Source of the DNA: Carcharhinus longimanus
Lineage: Eukaryota
DNA length: 64,000 bases
Reading direction: 5' to 3'
Assembly: GCA_030264375.1 (NCBI GenBank)
Contig: JASCQW010000072.1
Span: 65,521,992-65,585,991 of the forward strand
The first letter of the stretch is position 1. Every line of letters starts with the position of its first letter. A program made the translations under genes and the position numbers. Of the stretch, positions 49,600 through 60,345 are shown piece after piece. Under the pieces are notes generated by a model, which worked only from the letters and a program-made list of their open reading frames with translations, searched no databases and had not been told where the DNA came from.

Positions 49600-50280
49600 G
49601 GGGAGGGATTTTCCCAAGCCCCCGCCAACGTGCTTGATGGTAGGCACAATAAGAGAATATGGTGGGAGAGCCAGAAATCAGTTTTACGCTGGCATGGATT
49701 TACAAGAGGATCCTCAGCTGGTACTTACCATGGCAGGTCAGAAAACCTGCCAGGGATTAGCGTGAACCCCATTTGCATCCTGTTAATGGGATGNNNNNNN
49801 NNNNNNNNNNNNNNNNNNNNNNNNNNNNNNNNNNNNNNNNNNNNNNNNACACGCTGGCAGAAACACTTTTGAGATAATGTGGCATGCAGACGTTGGGACT
49901 CATCTGAACAATGCCTGGGGCTGTCTCCAGAATTCAAGGTGGAATATGTATACAACCATGGGCCCTGGAACACCTCAGCAGTCGATCAAGAAGCAGCTGC
50001 ATGTGGACTTTCCAGATTCAGTGTCCTGGATGGTGGCCATCTTCCAGCCTTAGAATGTTCCAGGAGATCCATCTTCATTCTCAGAAGATCCATCTTCTGA
50101 TCTCAGAATACTGGAGATCTATCCTCATTTTCAGGAGGTCCACCTTCTTCCTTCAGTTGCGTATCAGTGATGTTGTGCACAAAATGTTTCAAAATGGCAC
50201 CTGGACACAATGGTGGACAACATGACATCCAGACCTACTCTGCCACTGAATAGAACATAAAACACCCAGCATAATTAATT
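49600..50280 (+). mobile_element. Harbinger-type terminal fragment
   Basis: Starts ggggagggattttccc, like the other TIRs. Confidence 0.45.
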
Positions 50281-50601
50281 AAGTTGGGGTCAGAAGATTT
50301 GGCATGTTTTCCTGCCAACCACCGCAATGGAAGACACTGCATGTACCGCTCCAGCCATGGGACTTAACCTCAAAATGGGAAAATTCACACTTGGTCTCCC
50401 AGAGAATCAAGGGGTGCGGTGAATGACCAGAAAAGTGGATTTGAAGCCCATCAGCCATGATGGTGTTGAATGTTGGAGCAGGTACAATGGGCCATTTGGT
50501 CAACTTCTGCACCTACTTCTCATGATCTTTCATTCCAATAAACATTGATCACCCAGAACCGAACAGCTGAAAAGTTTGACTCATAATTGATTTTCTCCTC
50601 T

Positions 50602-52840
50602 TGGGGGCAATTTTCTGTCTTCACTGTGCCTGGCGCAGATTGCGCAGATCCCAGAAAATAGTGCACGGGCCTAAGAATTGGTTTTCGCTCGGCGCCAAAT
50701 GATTTGCAATCGTCCCAGTCCCTTTCTACTGGCACAAACTGGATCACACAGCTGATTAGCACAAGGTTGATTGGATTTCAATTTCATTAGCGAGCTCGGT
50801 ACGCAGTTGTACCTCTCCCAGAATGCACCCACATGCCTGGTGGGATGTCTCACAGATGTGAATCACTACTGGTCCCTTGAAGTGTGGTTCAGACACCACA
50901 GTTGCAAGAGTGAGCAAGGCGGTGAGTANNNNNNNNNNNNNNNNNNNNNNNNNNNNNNNNNNNNNNNNNNNNNNNNNNNNNNNNNNNNNNNNNNNNNNNN
51001 NNNNNNNNNNNNNNNNNNNNNNNNNNNNNNNNNNNNNNNNNNNNNNNNNNNNNNNNNNNNNNNNNTGTCACACATTCACTCTGCCCACTGAAAGACCTTT
51101 GAGCAGTTTCATATGAGGTAGAGTTCAAATCCTACCAATGTTGCTATGGTTACCCTGCCATCTGCCTGTTAGACAGGTTCTGTGGCTCACTGCTGACATT
51201 CCATTCCAGCTCTGGCAGCTGCTGCTCCAATCAAGGAAAATCTGCAAGTGTTAACATGGACCATCACACTGCATGGACTCTGCAGTGCTGCCTTCAATAG
51301 GAACCCATCCCCTGATAGTCACAAGGGTGCTTTTCTATTGTCTGTCTGAACTGCATGCCATGTCTGAGCCAATTGACATAATATCAGGTGGGTGGGTGCA
51401 CACAGGTTTTCCCATTGAGGATCTTCTTACAGCTATACTTATACTTTGTATGAGCGCCAGAGCACTGAGCCCAGCAATAGCCCTGAATCTGGATCAAACT
51501 CCGGAATCCATCTGCAATTGTATCTTGAGCATGCTCCCAAGGCCCTCAGCCATGGTCCTCAGGGACTCGGCTATACCTTGGATCCTGGCACCCATGGCAA
51601 CCATTTCCTGCCTGAGGTTTTCCACTGTGGACACAGTGTTGGCCTGAATGCCACATAAACTAGCACCAACTGCTGCACCTGAAGGTTAATGAACTCCACC
51701 AAACATTCTTGTAGTTGCTGGAATGTCACTGACACCCCTTCCTGCTATCCCCAGCTCTGCTTCAACATCTCCAGCAGCTTCAGAACTGTTTATCACAGCT
51801 CAGCAGCTGGCTGATGGCCAGCTGTTTCCTTGGATCTTGCAGTGCTCCACCTACCTGATCCTTCAAACATTCCCAACTACACCTGAAATGCACCAACAGC
51901 TGTGTGGTGCTCACCAGAAAATTACCCCGAAGCCTGTCTGCTAATTCCACCCACCAGAGTGTGTGTCTCTGTGCTGGTGGATGTTGTAATGCCTATGATG
52001 CCTTGTTAGTGCTTTCCTCAAAGCCTTTCCCTGAGGTGCTAGCAGGGGTTTTGGTGGGGGTGGGGGCATTAACTCCTGAGGGCCTAGCCTTATTGTGTGT
52101 TGCTCATGCAAACCAAGACAAATGGTTCAGTGCAATAGAGGGACAAATATCTGGGCAGCTTGGAACTTATTTAAGAAAGATTATGTGTGTGGATCCTCAC
52201 TTCTGTGGTGCATGCTGACCTCACGGGCAGTCACAGCTTGCGAGTGTGCCTCCCCTAAGAAGTCCATCATGCACTCCTTGCAGGAAGTCAGGAGTCACAT
52301 CTCAGGAATTCCCGCACCCAATGTGAGGCGTGAAGTGGGGGAAACAGTTGCCGTATGTCAGGTGCTAGACAGCCACGGGTGTCAGGGAATGGATTAATGT
52401 GAACATTCCAGGTGTGACAGATGGGACTGTGGCAGATGGACATTCATCCTTGCAGGCCAAATGAGGTTGTTCATTTTCTTGTGACATTGGATGCTGGTTC
52501 TCGGTGTCAGATCACTGGCACTGGCTGCCGCAGCCACCGCACCCCAGATCACAATGCCTTTCCTGCTTCTGGGTTGTCCACCCACTCAAAAGTACAGGGT
52601 GGCCCACCCTTCCTCCACGGTGTCTAGAAACCTTCTATGATCTATCTACATGAAGCACGGAGCTGCTTTCTGCGCTGCCGTCCTCCTGGTGTGACTGGCA
52701 GAGGGAGTGTTTGAATGCAGCTTCCTCTTAACAGTGCCCAGCTGCAACCAGTTCAGGTGAGTCACACAGCTGGGGACTCCATACTGGTGTGTTTAACATA
52801 GGGGTTCTTTCAGTGCAGTAAGTGTGGGGTGATTGCAGTC
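50602..52840 (-). mobile_element. Harbinger derivative retaining the Myb/SANT gene
   Basis: TIR ggggcaattttc at 50602, homologous to 61960-62000; right end uncertain. Confidence 0.6.
52445..52685 (-). pseudogene. Myb/SANT-like (trihelix, MSANTD-type) DNA-binding domain exon of a Harbinger, with stops
   Basis: AAQKAAPCFM*IDHRRFLDTVEEGWATLYF*VGGQ..WGAVAAAASA..RTSIQCHKKMNNL. Confidence 0.8.
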
Positions 52841-53129
52841 CAAACCATACTTACTGTAATGACACTTGTTTTTAGTGGGAAAATTCCGCACCTGGTTTCT
52901 ACATTTGCCCAACATCAACTCCACATACTCTGATATACGGTATCTCACTGACAATATTAAATCAAGACAATCAATGATACGTTGCTTCAGATTATTCCAA
53001 TTCAGCATGTCAATGAACAGGAGATAAAAGGCTGAAAATATAGACCCATGTAAAAGTATGAAACTCACCTCTATATATTGATCAAATAATAATAAAGAAG
53101 TAAGATACAGTGGACATTTATAGAGTTTT

Positions 53130-53712
53130 TTTGCAATGAGGAAGGTTGAGATTGTTTTCTTTGGAATAAAGGAGCCTGAGGGAGATTTAATTGAGGTGTA
53201 TAAAATTATGAGGGGCCTAGACAGAGTGAATAGGAATAGCTTATTTTCCTAAGCTTAGAAATCAATAATTAGGCGCAGGGATTTAACATAGTTGAAGTAA
53301 GAATTAGAGAAGCGAAGAGGATAATTCCTTTAATCCATATAGTGGTGAGGATCTGAAAATCTGAAGTAGAACAAGGCAGAATTTCACACTACATTTCAAA
53401 AAACATTGGAAATGCTGCAACCTACATGCTTAAGGACCAGTAACTAGAAAGTGGATTAAGTGTGATAGCTTTTTTGTGACTGGTGCACACGCGCTGGGCT
53501 GAATGGCCTCGTTCCATGCCATAAGTTTTCCATGGTGCAATGCATTCTTTGGCACAAAATCTAACTTATCCACCACTAAAGGTGCAAGAAAAAATGATAA
53601 TGGGGAGAGGGCGGGAATGTGGAACTGATCAGCCATGATCTTATTGAATGGTGGGGCAGGCTCGAAGGGCTAGATGGCCTACTCCTGCTCCTATTCCTTA
53701 TGTTCTTATGTT
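53130..53712 (+). mobile_element. Two CR1 3' ends (53130-53530, 53600-53712)
   Basis: LRGDLIEVYKIMRGLDRV; tail ctcctgctcctattccttatgttcttatgtt. Confidence 0.85.
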
Positions 53713-54118
53713 CGTATTTAACTTTACTAGTTTCACAAATTCAGCAGAATGTCAAAAGATTGTCATAAATATGTCAATGACCTCAGGAAAATCCCAATGC
53801 AAGCCAAATGCAACAACAATAAACATTATGGTGCCAAAGGGAAAAAAGGATTTCATTGACCAGTGGAAGAGAATGGTAAACATGCTAGTTTGTTCTATGG
53901 TAAAGATAGCATCTCGTCAATGTTTAAACATTGTGGTAAATGTTTTTTAAATTGATCCAATATTTTCTTGATGTGGCTGCAAAGCTTTTCGTACGTGTGA
54001 AGCATTTATTCCATTAAGGTTGAATGTGCAAAAGGAAGCTTTAAAAGCACGTTGTACAAGTGGAATGAAATTGAATATTTCATGTGTTTTATATATTAGT
54101 GGTGCCATATCCATTGTT

Positions 54119-54240
54119 TTATATATATGTATATAAGGTAAAATGTCTGCATCCCTGATTGTTTGTTTGTGAACTCCTCTTAAATCCATGAGACAATCTT
54201 AACTAATCTTGGTGTGTTGATACCTTGGATTAAGGAACAT
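54119..54240 (+). mobile_element. Probable Helitron 5' terminus
   Basis: atatatatgtatataa..aatgtctg..tgtttgtttgtgaactcctcttaaa..cttggtgtg follows the typical Helitron 5' pattern; upstream of Rep on the same strand. Confidence 0.55.
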
Positions 54241-54489
54241 GTCACAGCAGAATTGACTACAGCCCCCACTGAGGGGGCTTTGGCTTCCTCCTGCAACTCT
54301 ATCTACACTGTATCCCCATTGGCACCTTAATTCAGACATTAACCAATCTAAACAGTACAGTCTAAGAAGGAATCCAATTAATTTCTGTTATAACTTCCTG
54401 ACTTAAAAATAGCACAGGGAGCTGCAATGATTGTTGTGGGATATTCCAATTCTCCACGATAAAATATTGGATATTTCCTTTTTCCAGGG

Positions 54490-54780
54490 TGCTACTGAAA
54501 GGATTTTTCTTGCAAAGAAAATGAAAGATCCGCAAAGGTTGCAAGATGCCAGATCATGTGAATCTGAAGAGGGAAGTCTCACAAGACTGTCTGCCCAGCA
54601 AAAAAATCAAGTTAAAGTTAGAGCTCAACAATTCTAAGGAAGGAGATCTCCTCAATTGAAAAAGAATAATGAAGACATGCAGCAAATAAAGAAAGGAAAG
54701 ACGAAGAAGCTGAAGCAAGATAAGCAGCTGACAGACAGCCACAGAATGCACGATTAACTAATACAATAAGTAAGAGACCA
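54490..54780 (+). pseudogene. Probable Helitron RepHel N-terminal charged helical region
   Basis: QRLQDARSCESEEGSLTRLSAQQKNQVKVRAQ. Confidence 0.5.
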
Positions 54781-55099
54781 GAAGCCAAATTTTAGCTACC
54801 AAGGTGAAAAATTTCCCAACTTGCCAAATCTGCTTTGTACAAAGACACACAATTTTTTGCTCCAAGGTGTGGGTTGCAGGATAAAGTTGAGCCTGCACAC
54901 CCAACAGGCAAAGTCTAGATAGCCACAGGAATGAGTGAATACTGAGGTGGATAAGTTAGAAAGCTTGCCTCAGTTCTTTGGTACTTTGTCCTGTTGTTGA
55001 AGGGTCTCTATCCCTCACTCTTCATATCACCACACCCTCCCCACTCATCCACATGGCCCCTCATATTCACAATGCCAACTCAATACTAACTTATTCCCC

Positions 55100-55395
55100 A
55101 CAATGGCACAGTGGTTAGCACTGCTGCCTTACAGAGGCAGGTACCTGGGTTCGATTCCTGGCTTGGGTCACCATCTGTGCAGAGTCTGTATGTTCTCCCC
55201 ATGTTTGTGTGGGTTTCCTCCAGGTGCTCTGGATTCCTCCCACAGTATGAAAAATGTGCTGATTAGGTGCACTGGTCATGCTAAGTTCTCCCTCCATGTA
55301 TCCAAACAGGTGCTGGAGAGTGGCAACTGGAAGATTTTCCCAGTAACTTCTTCACAGTGTTAATGTCAGCCTACTTGTGATCCTAATAAATGAAA
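55100..55395 (+). mobile_element. V-SINE variant with a different 3' tail
   Basis: Same head and V domain; tail cagtgttaatgtcagcctacttgtgatcctaataaa, as at ~14460. Confidence 0.9.
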
Positions 55396-55504
55396 AATAC
55401 CCATGGCCCTTCATATCATCTCCATAGGCAGTCATTAAGCATTGATCATGGGCAGACCTCAGTAAGCATGTGGAGATGAAAATTCTAACAATCTAACACA
55501 GTCC

Positions 55505-56594
55505 TCACTCCCACAAATTGATGATGAACCGGTGTCTGGCCAGTTGTGAATCTCTGAGGCACTTTATTTTATTGTAATCAGCTCCAAGCTGATTTTGAAA
55601 CTTGAATTTCAATATGATTAGTGGGCCTGGGATGGTAGTCTCTGGGCCTGCTAGTGTCTCCCCCAAGTGGGAGAGGTTCCCACCAGTGGGGTTTACAACT
55701 GCTCCCCAGTAGCAGAGAACAGGTGTCCTCATTCCACTGGTAGCCAAAAAGGCCATTGAGTCCCCCAGGAGGTCGGGGGTGAGGAGTTGATGCTCCTTGG
55801 GCAGTGTGAGCCTGGCATCCTGGCACTACCCAATGGGCGCACTGGCATTGCCCAATGGGCACACTGGCACACCCCAACTGGCAGTGCCAAGGGGGTGGGG
55901 CCGGCGGGGTATGGCATAATGGGACAGGAGCCTATTGTGGCGATCAGTGTTAGGGAAACCCCTGCCACTCTGCAAGTGAGACCAGTGAGCAAGGGAGGGA
56001 GGAGGCATCAGGGGGGTTGGCGTTGGCCACTGTGGGGGGGATGGGGGGGGCGTGGTTGGTGCTGGCCATTGGGATGTTTGGTGCTGGCCATTGGGGGTGT
56101 TGGGACTGGCCACTGAGGGGGTGCTTGGGTCTTGCCTTCTCGGGGGTGCAGGGCTGGGAGGTGGAGATTGGGGCTGGCTTGGCAGTGTGTTGGTAGGCCA
56201 ATGATCAGGGCAGTTGTCCGGAAGACTGGTGATGGGGGTGAGGGTGTCAGTATCGGAGGGAGGTGGTCTTTGGGAATATTGGGATGGTCAGCGATCAGGA
56301 GGAGGGGTTGGGAACATCAGGAGGCTGGTGATGGGGGTGGGGCGTATTACACATGCGCTGATCTCCCTATTGACAGATCGATGCATACGCATGACCTGCT
56401 TAGCACTATGCTAATGGCCTCTCCAACAGGATGAGGCCCCACCCCATTTTCCAGCGTGAATCACTCTGCAACACTCTGCATTGCACAGAGTGCCAGAAAT
56501 TTGTTAAGGTAAGTACACTGAAAATTCAAGTGGGAAATTCTCCCATTCTCTCTTCTGTTGGGCACTTAATTTTGTTTTGGGAGAATCCTGACCA
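55505..56594 (+). mobile_element. Long G-rich Harbinger-type MITE
   Basis: Shares ttgaatttcaatatgatta, ttacaactgctcccc, ctccaacaggatgag and the ggcactta.ttttgttttggga.aatcc end with 58698-60155. Confidence 0.8.
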
Positions 56595-56864
56595 GTTAAA
56601 CCTTTAATAGAGTCTTTAAACAATCAATAAAGTTGTGAACTCAGGACACCCCCTGCTGAGATAACAAAGGTATTTAAAGTCAGCCATGCATTAATTATGA
56701 TGTGAAGATAATCTTTGGAGAAGTGTCAAGTCAAGATGCAACATTTCTTTAAACCTACGCCAGTCAAACAAAGCACTCCAGCAGAGATTTGTTTTCACTC
56801 TCGTTGACAGTTGCATCAGTCATGGGAAGTTAAAAGTGGGTGTTGTCAATGAGCAAAGAAATGG

Positions 56865-58320
56865 CTAATTGCCAATTTTTAATGAGCAATACAAGAGCCT
56901 ATGACTCCCTTTTGCTGGAATGGTGAAGATGGCTATCACTTTCAGCTAATAATCCAAANNNNNNNNNNNNNNNNNNNNNNNNNNNNNNNNNNNNNNNNNN
57001 NNNNNNNNNNNNNNNNNNNNNNNNNNNNNNNNNNNNNNNNNNNNNNNNNNNNNNNNNNATGGCTATCATTTTCAGCTAATAATCCAAAAGCTAGGAATCC
57101 TACACAGAAAAAAGATTTTTGCTGCAGACTTTTATACATACAGGTTTATGGAAATAAAATCTAATTTCAACACTTCTAAGTTTCAAGATTTTTTTCTACT
57201 AGTATGCAATTTATATGTGGGTAATAATAGGATGTGAAAGATTATTATTCATTTGTACCAATTAAAACCTGTTAAGACTAATGATTAAGAAAATCTACAT
57301 AATGTTATGAGACACAGTAGAGATCCAGCAATTATTGGAAAATTACTTGTGCTTCCTTCATATTTTATAGGTGGTAAATAAATGAAAAAAATCCAAAGTA
57401 CAGTGTGTTATGTTTATAAGTTTGGGAAAAAAATATACCAGTTTATCATTTAAACTTACAATTCTGAATAGCACAAAATTAAAAGAGAACTTATGAAAAA
57501 TCAGAGGCCAAATGAGTAATTGACATAACAGTGGGTGTGTTCAGACAAAAAGTAATCTCGTTGTTTGAAAAAACAAAATTTGGACAAGTGAGGTACTACC
57601 TGGAAACAATTGAATGGTAAGAGAGAAAGGGTTGTCCATATTTGATTCAATGTCAGGATAGGTTCAATGAGGTAAATGCTGTTTTAAGTGTAGAATTGCC
57701 AAGTAAGGTAGGAGATCCAAAATTGTGTGACATTGTTTTGACAAAAATGGTTCATGGATAACGTGATAATTTTAATATATTGGCACTTGCATGAAGGATG
57801 AAAAATGCACTAAAGACTATGTTAAGGTCTTTCACCTAGATACCCAATCAGGCATAGGTGTATACCCTCTGTACAAGAGGAGACAAATAACTGATGGTGA
57901 CATTAGGCACTAATGGCAGATGTTATTAACAGCAGATAGATTGTTCCTTCCAATCCTTACCTCTCAACATTGTGTGTTATCCACATTAATGTGAAATTCT
58001 ACAATGCTGTGAAAACTATCAAGTATGGTTGTAAGTGAACAAATAAAGGACAAGACATGGCTGACCTTTCACTAGCTAAAGAAAGGCAAGGTGATTATGA
58101 TGAAGCAACTTCTTACCATAATGCAAGATATGTAAGCACAGATGAATCTCTTTGAAGAGTATTTCGATTTCCCAATCATGAGCAAGGCCTAACTGTCCAT
58201 TAAAATAGACAAAAATGTTTGCTTAGATTTCAACAATGCAACTGAAAGAGTTTAAATAGTTCCCAAAATAACTGACTACCTATTTTGGCCTATGCAAAGT
58301 AGATTATTTTGCCAAAGTGG
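56865..58320 (+). pseudogene. Helitron Rep (HUH rolling-circle initiator) domain, heavily decayed
   Basis: RAYDS..WNGEDGYHF; ADFYTYRFM; LVLPSYFIGG..CYVYKFG; DITVGVFRQK; ETIEW; ELP..DPKLCDIVLTKMVHG; CMKDEKCTKDY; YPLYKRR; HINVKFYNAVKTIKYGCK*TNKGQDMA; ARYVSTDESL*RVF. Confidence 0.92.
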
Positions 58321-58697
58321 AGGAAAGTGAGTGGAAATTGTGGAGGCACTGACCATATTTTTTCAGATTTTCTTAGACTCAGGGATGATGTCGGAGGACC
58401 AGAAAATTGCAAGTGCTACACTTTTGTTAAAAAGGGGGTGTTGAAAGATAGCCATGGCATTAACTGGCCAGTCAGTTTAACTTTGCGAGTGGTGACGATT
58501 CTAAAGACAATAATTTAAGACAAAATTAACAGTCACCCAAACCGATACAGGCTAATTAAGAAAAACCAGCATGGATTTCTGAAGGGGAAAATATTTTTGA
58601 TTAGCTTGGAGTTTTTTGAATAACTATTTGCAAAGGCTGATGCGAATAATGCTATTGATGTGATACACATGGACTTCCAAAAGGCAATTAATACATT
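58320..58697 (+). mobile_element. CR1 RT fragment inserted in the Helitron
   Basis: EIVEALTIFFQIFLDSG..NWPVSLT..NQHGFLKGK..DVIHMDFQKA. Confidence 0.9.
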
Positions 58698-60155
58698 GGC
58701 AGGGATTCTCCCAGCCCACTGTGCTGCTCGAGTAGTACAGCGGGAGGCCATTGATGAGGTCATGAGTCTCCCAGGCACTTTTTTTTAAGCACAATCAGCT
58801 TCCTGCCAGAAAATGGAGCGGAGCTGATTATCGTATGGGAATTTGAATTTCAATATGATTAATGAGCCAGCTAGCATATATCACCCTTCCCCTCCCCCAC
58901 CAGGATTGGTTCTCACCAGCTGGGCTTACAACTGCTCCCCACCATCAGGGAACAGTTAGTGGGGAGCAGAGGCCCTTGTGCCCCCACAGCAAGTCAGGGA
59001 CAAGGGGAAACACCTTGAGCAGTGCCAAGCTGGCAGGATCACCCTGGTGCTGCCTAAGGGGAACATTGGCACTGCCCACTGGGCACCAAGCAGTTTCAAA
59101 GGGGAAGGACAATTGGGGGTGGGGCATAATATGAAGCAAGGCCTATTGGGGTCAATCAGTGGTGAGGGGGACCAATTGCCACACTGCAAGTGGGATCAGA
59201 GTTGGAGGGAGGGAAAAGGCAATTGTGTCTGGGGGCTGGTCATCAAGGGGGTCAGGGCTGACCATCAGGGAATGGTTGAGGTATGCCATTGGAAGGGGTG
59301 GATCAGGGCTGGCCCAGGGAAGGGGTGCAATAGGCCAGTGATTGGGGGCAGGGATTGTCAGGACATCCAATGATCAGAGTTTCCAAGGAAGGCCAGTGAT
59401 CAGGAGGCTGGCATTGAGGGAGCCTGGTATCCTGGCATTGCCAAAGGGGCACACAGGCACTGCCCACCTGGCAGCAGGCAATGTCAAGGGTGGGTGGGGC
59501 CTAGGGACCAGGGCCTACTGAGGGACTTGGACTACTGGGGATGTGATTGGTGGTAGGATGGGGACCTGTCGACACACTGCAAGTGGGATCAGTAGGCGAG
59601 GGAATGAGGGGATGATTGGAGCTGGCCATCAGTCCGGGGGTGGGTTGGGTTGAGGGTGTCCAGGTCTGGTCATTGCAGGGACAACTTGGGGCTGGTCATT
59701 AGGGGGTATCAGGGCTGGCCAGAGAGGGGTCTGGTCGGCCAGCCATTGGGAAAGCGGAGTATCTAGTAGGCCAGCAGTCTGGGGGGGCAGGGTTGGGGGG
59801 AGGGTAAATTGTGTCCAGTAGACCAGTGATCTGGGCTGGGGGGGAGGTGGGGGTGTTTCAGGAAGGCCAGCGATTGGAGACCAGCAATCCAGAGGCTGGT
59901 GAGTGGGTGGACAGTGCACAAACGTTGATTTCCCCACAGATAGATTGGCTCGTGCACAGTGGCCCAGTCAGCACATGCTGCTGACTTCTCCAACAGGATG
60001 AGACCCCATCTCCTACTTTTTAGCATGAATCTCTCAGGCATTCTGTGGTGCAGTGTCAGAGATTCATTCAGGTAATTATGCCCAGAAAACAGTCAGGAAA
60101 TTCTCCCATTTTCCCACTCATTTGGCACTTAGTTTTGTTTTGGGACAATCCGACT
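58698..60155 (+). mobile_element. Long G-rich Harbinger-type MITE with both ends
   Basis: ggcagggattctccc ... gggacaatccgac; homologous to 55505-56594 and 6935-7557. Confidence 0.8.
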
Positions 60156-60159
60156 GATA

Positions 60160-60272
60160 TGTTTATTCTAAGAATTCCACTGATCCCATCAATGATCCCT
60201 TTTTAGTTTCAAAAGTTGCAATTTCTAATCAATATTTGCTTTGCAATGTTACTCAATAAAACCCAATGTCAT
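60160..60272 (+). pseudogene. Helitron Pif1-family helicase C-terminal motif
   Basis: FILRIPLIPSMIPF*FQKLQFLINICFAMLLNKTQ resembles IPRIPLIPS..PF.FKRLQFP..AFAMTINKSQG. Confidence 0.85.
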
Positions 60273-60345
60273 AAGAACACAAGAAATAGGAGCAGGAGTA
60301 GGCCATCTAGCCCTTCGAGCCTGCCCCGCCATTCAATAAGATCAT
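60270..60345 (-). mobile_element. CR1 3' tail running into a gap
   Basis: cataagaacacaagaaataggagcaggagtaggccatc. Confidence 0.85.

Larger units (their letters stand above)
43770..49600 (+). mobile_element. CR1 3' region in three pieces (43770-43831, 44781-44971, 49422-49600), host of two insertions
   Basis: Pieces are colinear: [10 protein letters not shown] / agaatatacttgtcttgg...gatactaagaggtt / gtttctcttggctgggg...gagatgaggagaaatttc. Confidence 0.85.

Noticed and set aside
53947-54189. ORF containing CTFNLNGIN, resembling an AP-endonuclease start
   Set aside because: No downstream QET/GDFN/SDH motifs, and it overlaps the probable Helitron 5' end on the other strand
5796-55180. tRNA-like A/B-box sequences
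   Set aside because: All are SINE heads continuing into V-domain sequence, not tRNA genes
18050-57088. Direct repeats flanking gaps (18050/18167, 42141/42291, 46009/46135, 56929/57059)
   Set aside because: Identical or near-identical sequence on both sides of ~100-N gaps indicates unmerged contig overlaps, not TSDs or LTRs
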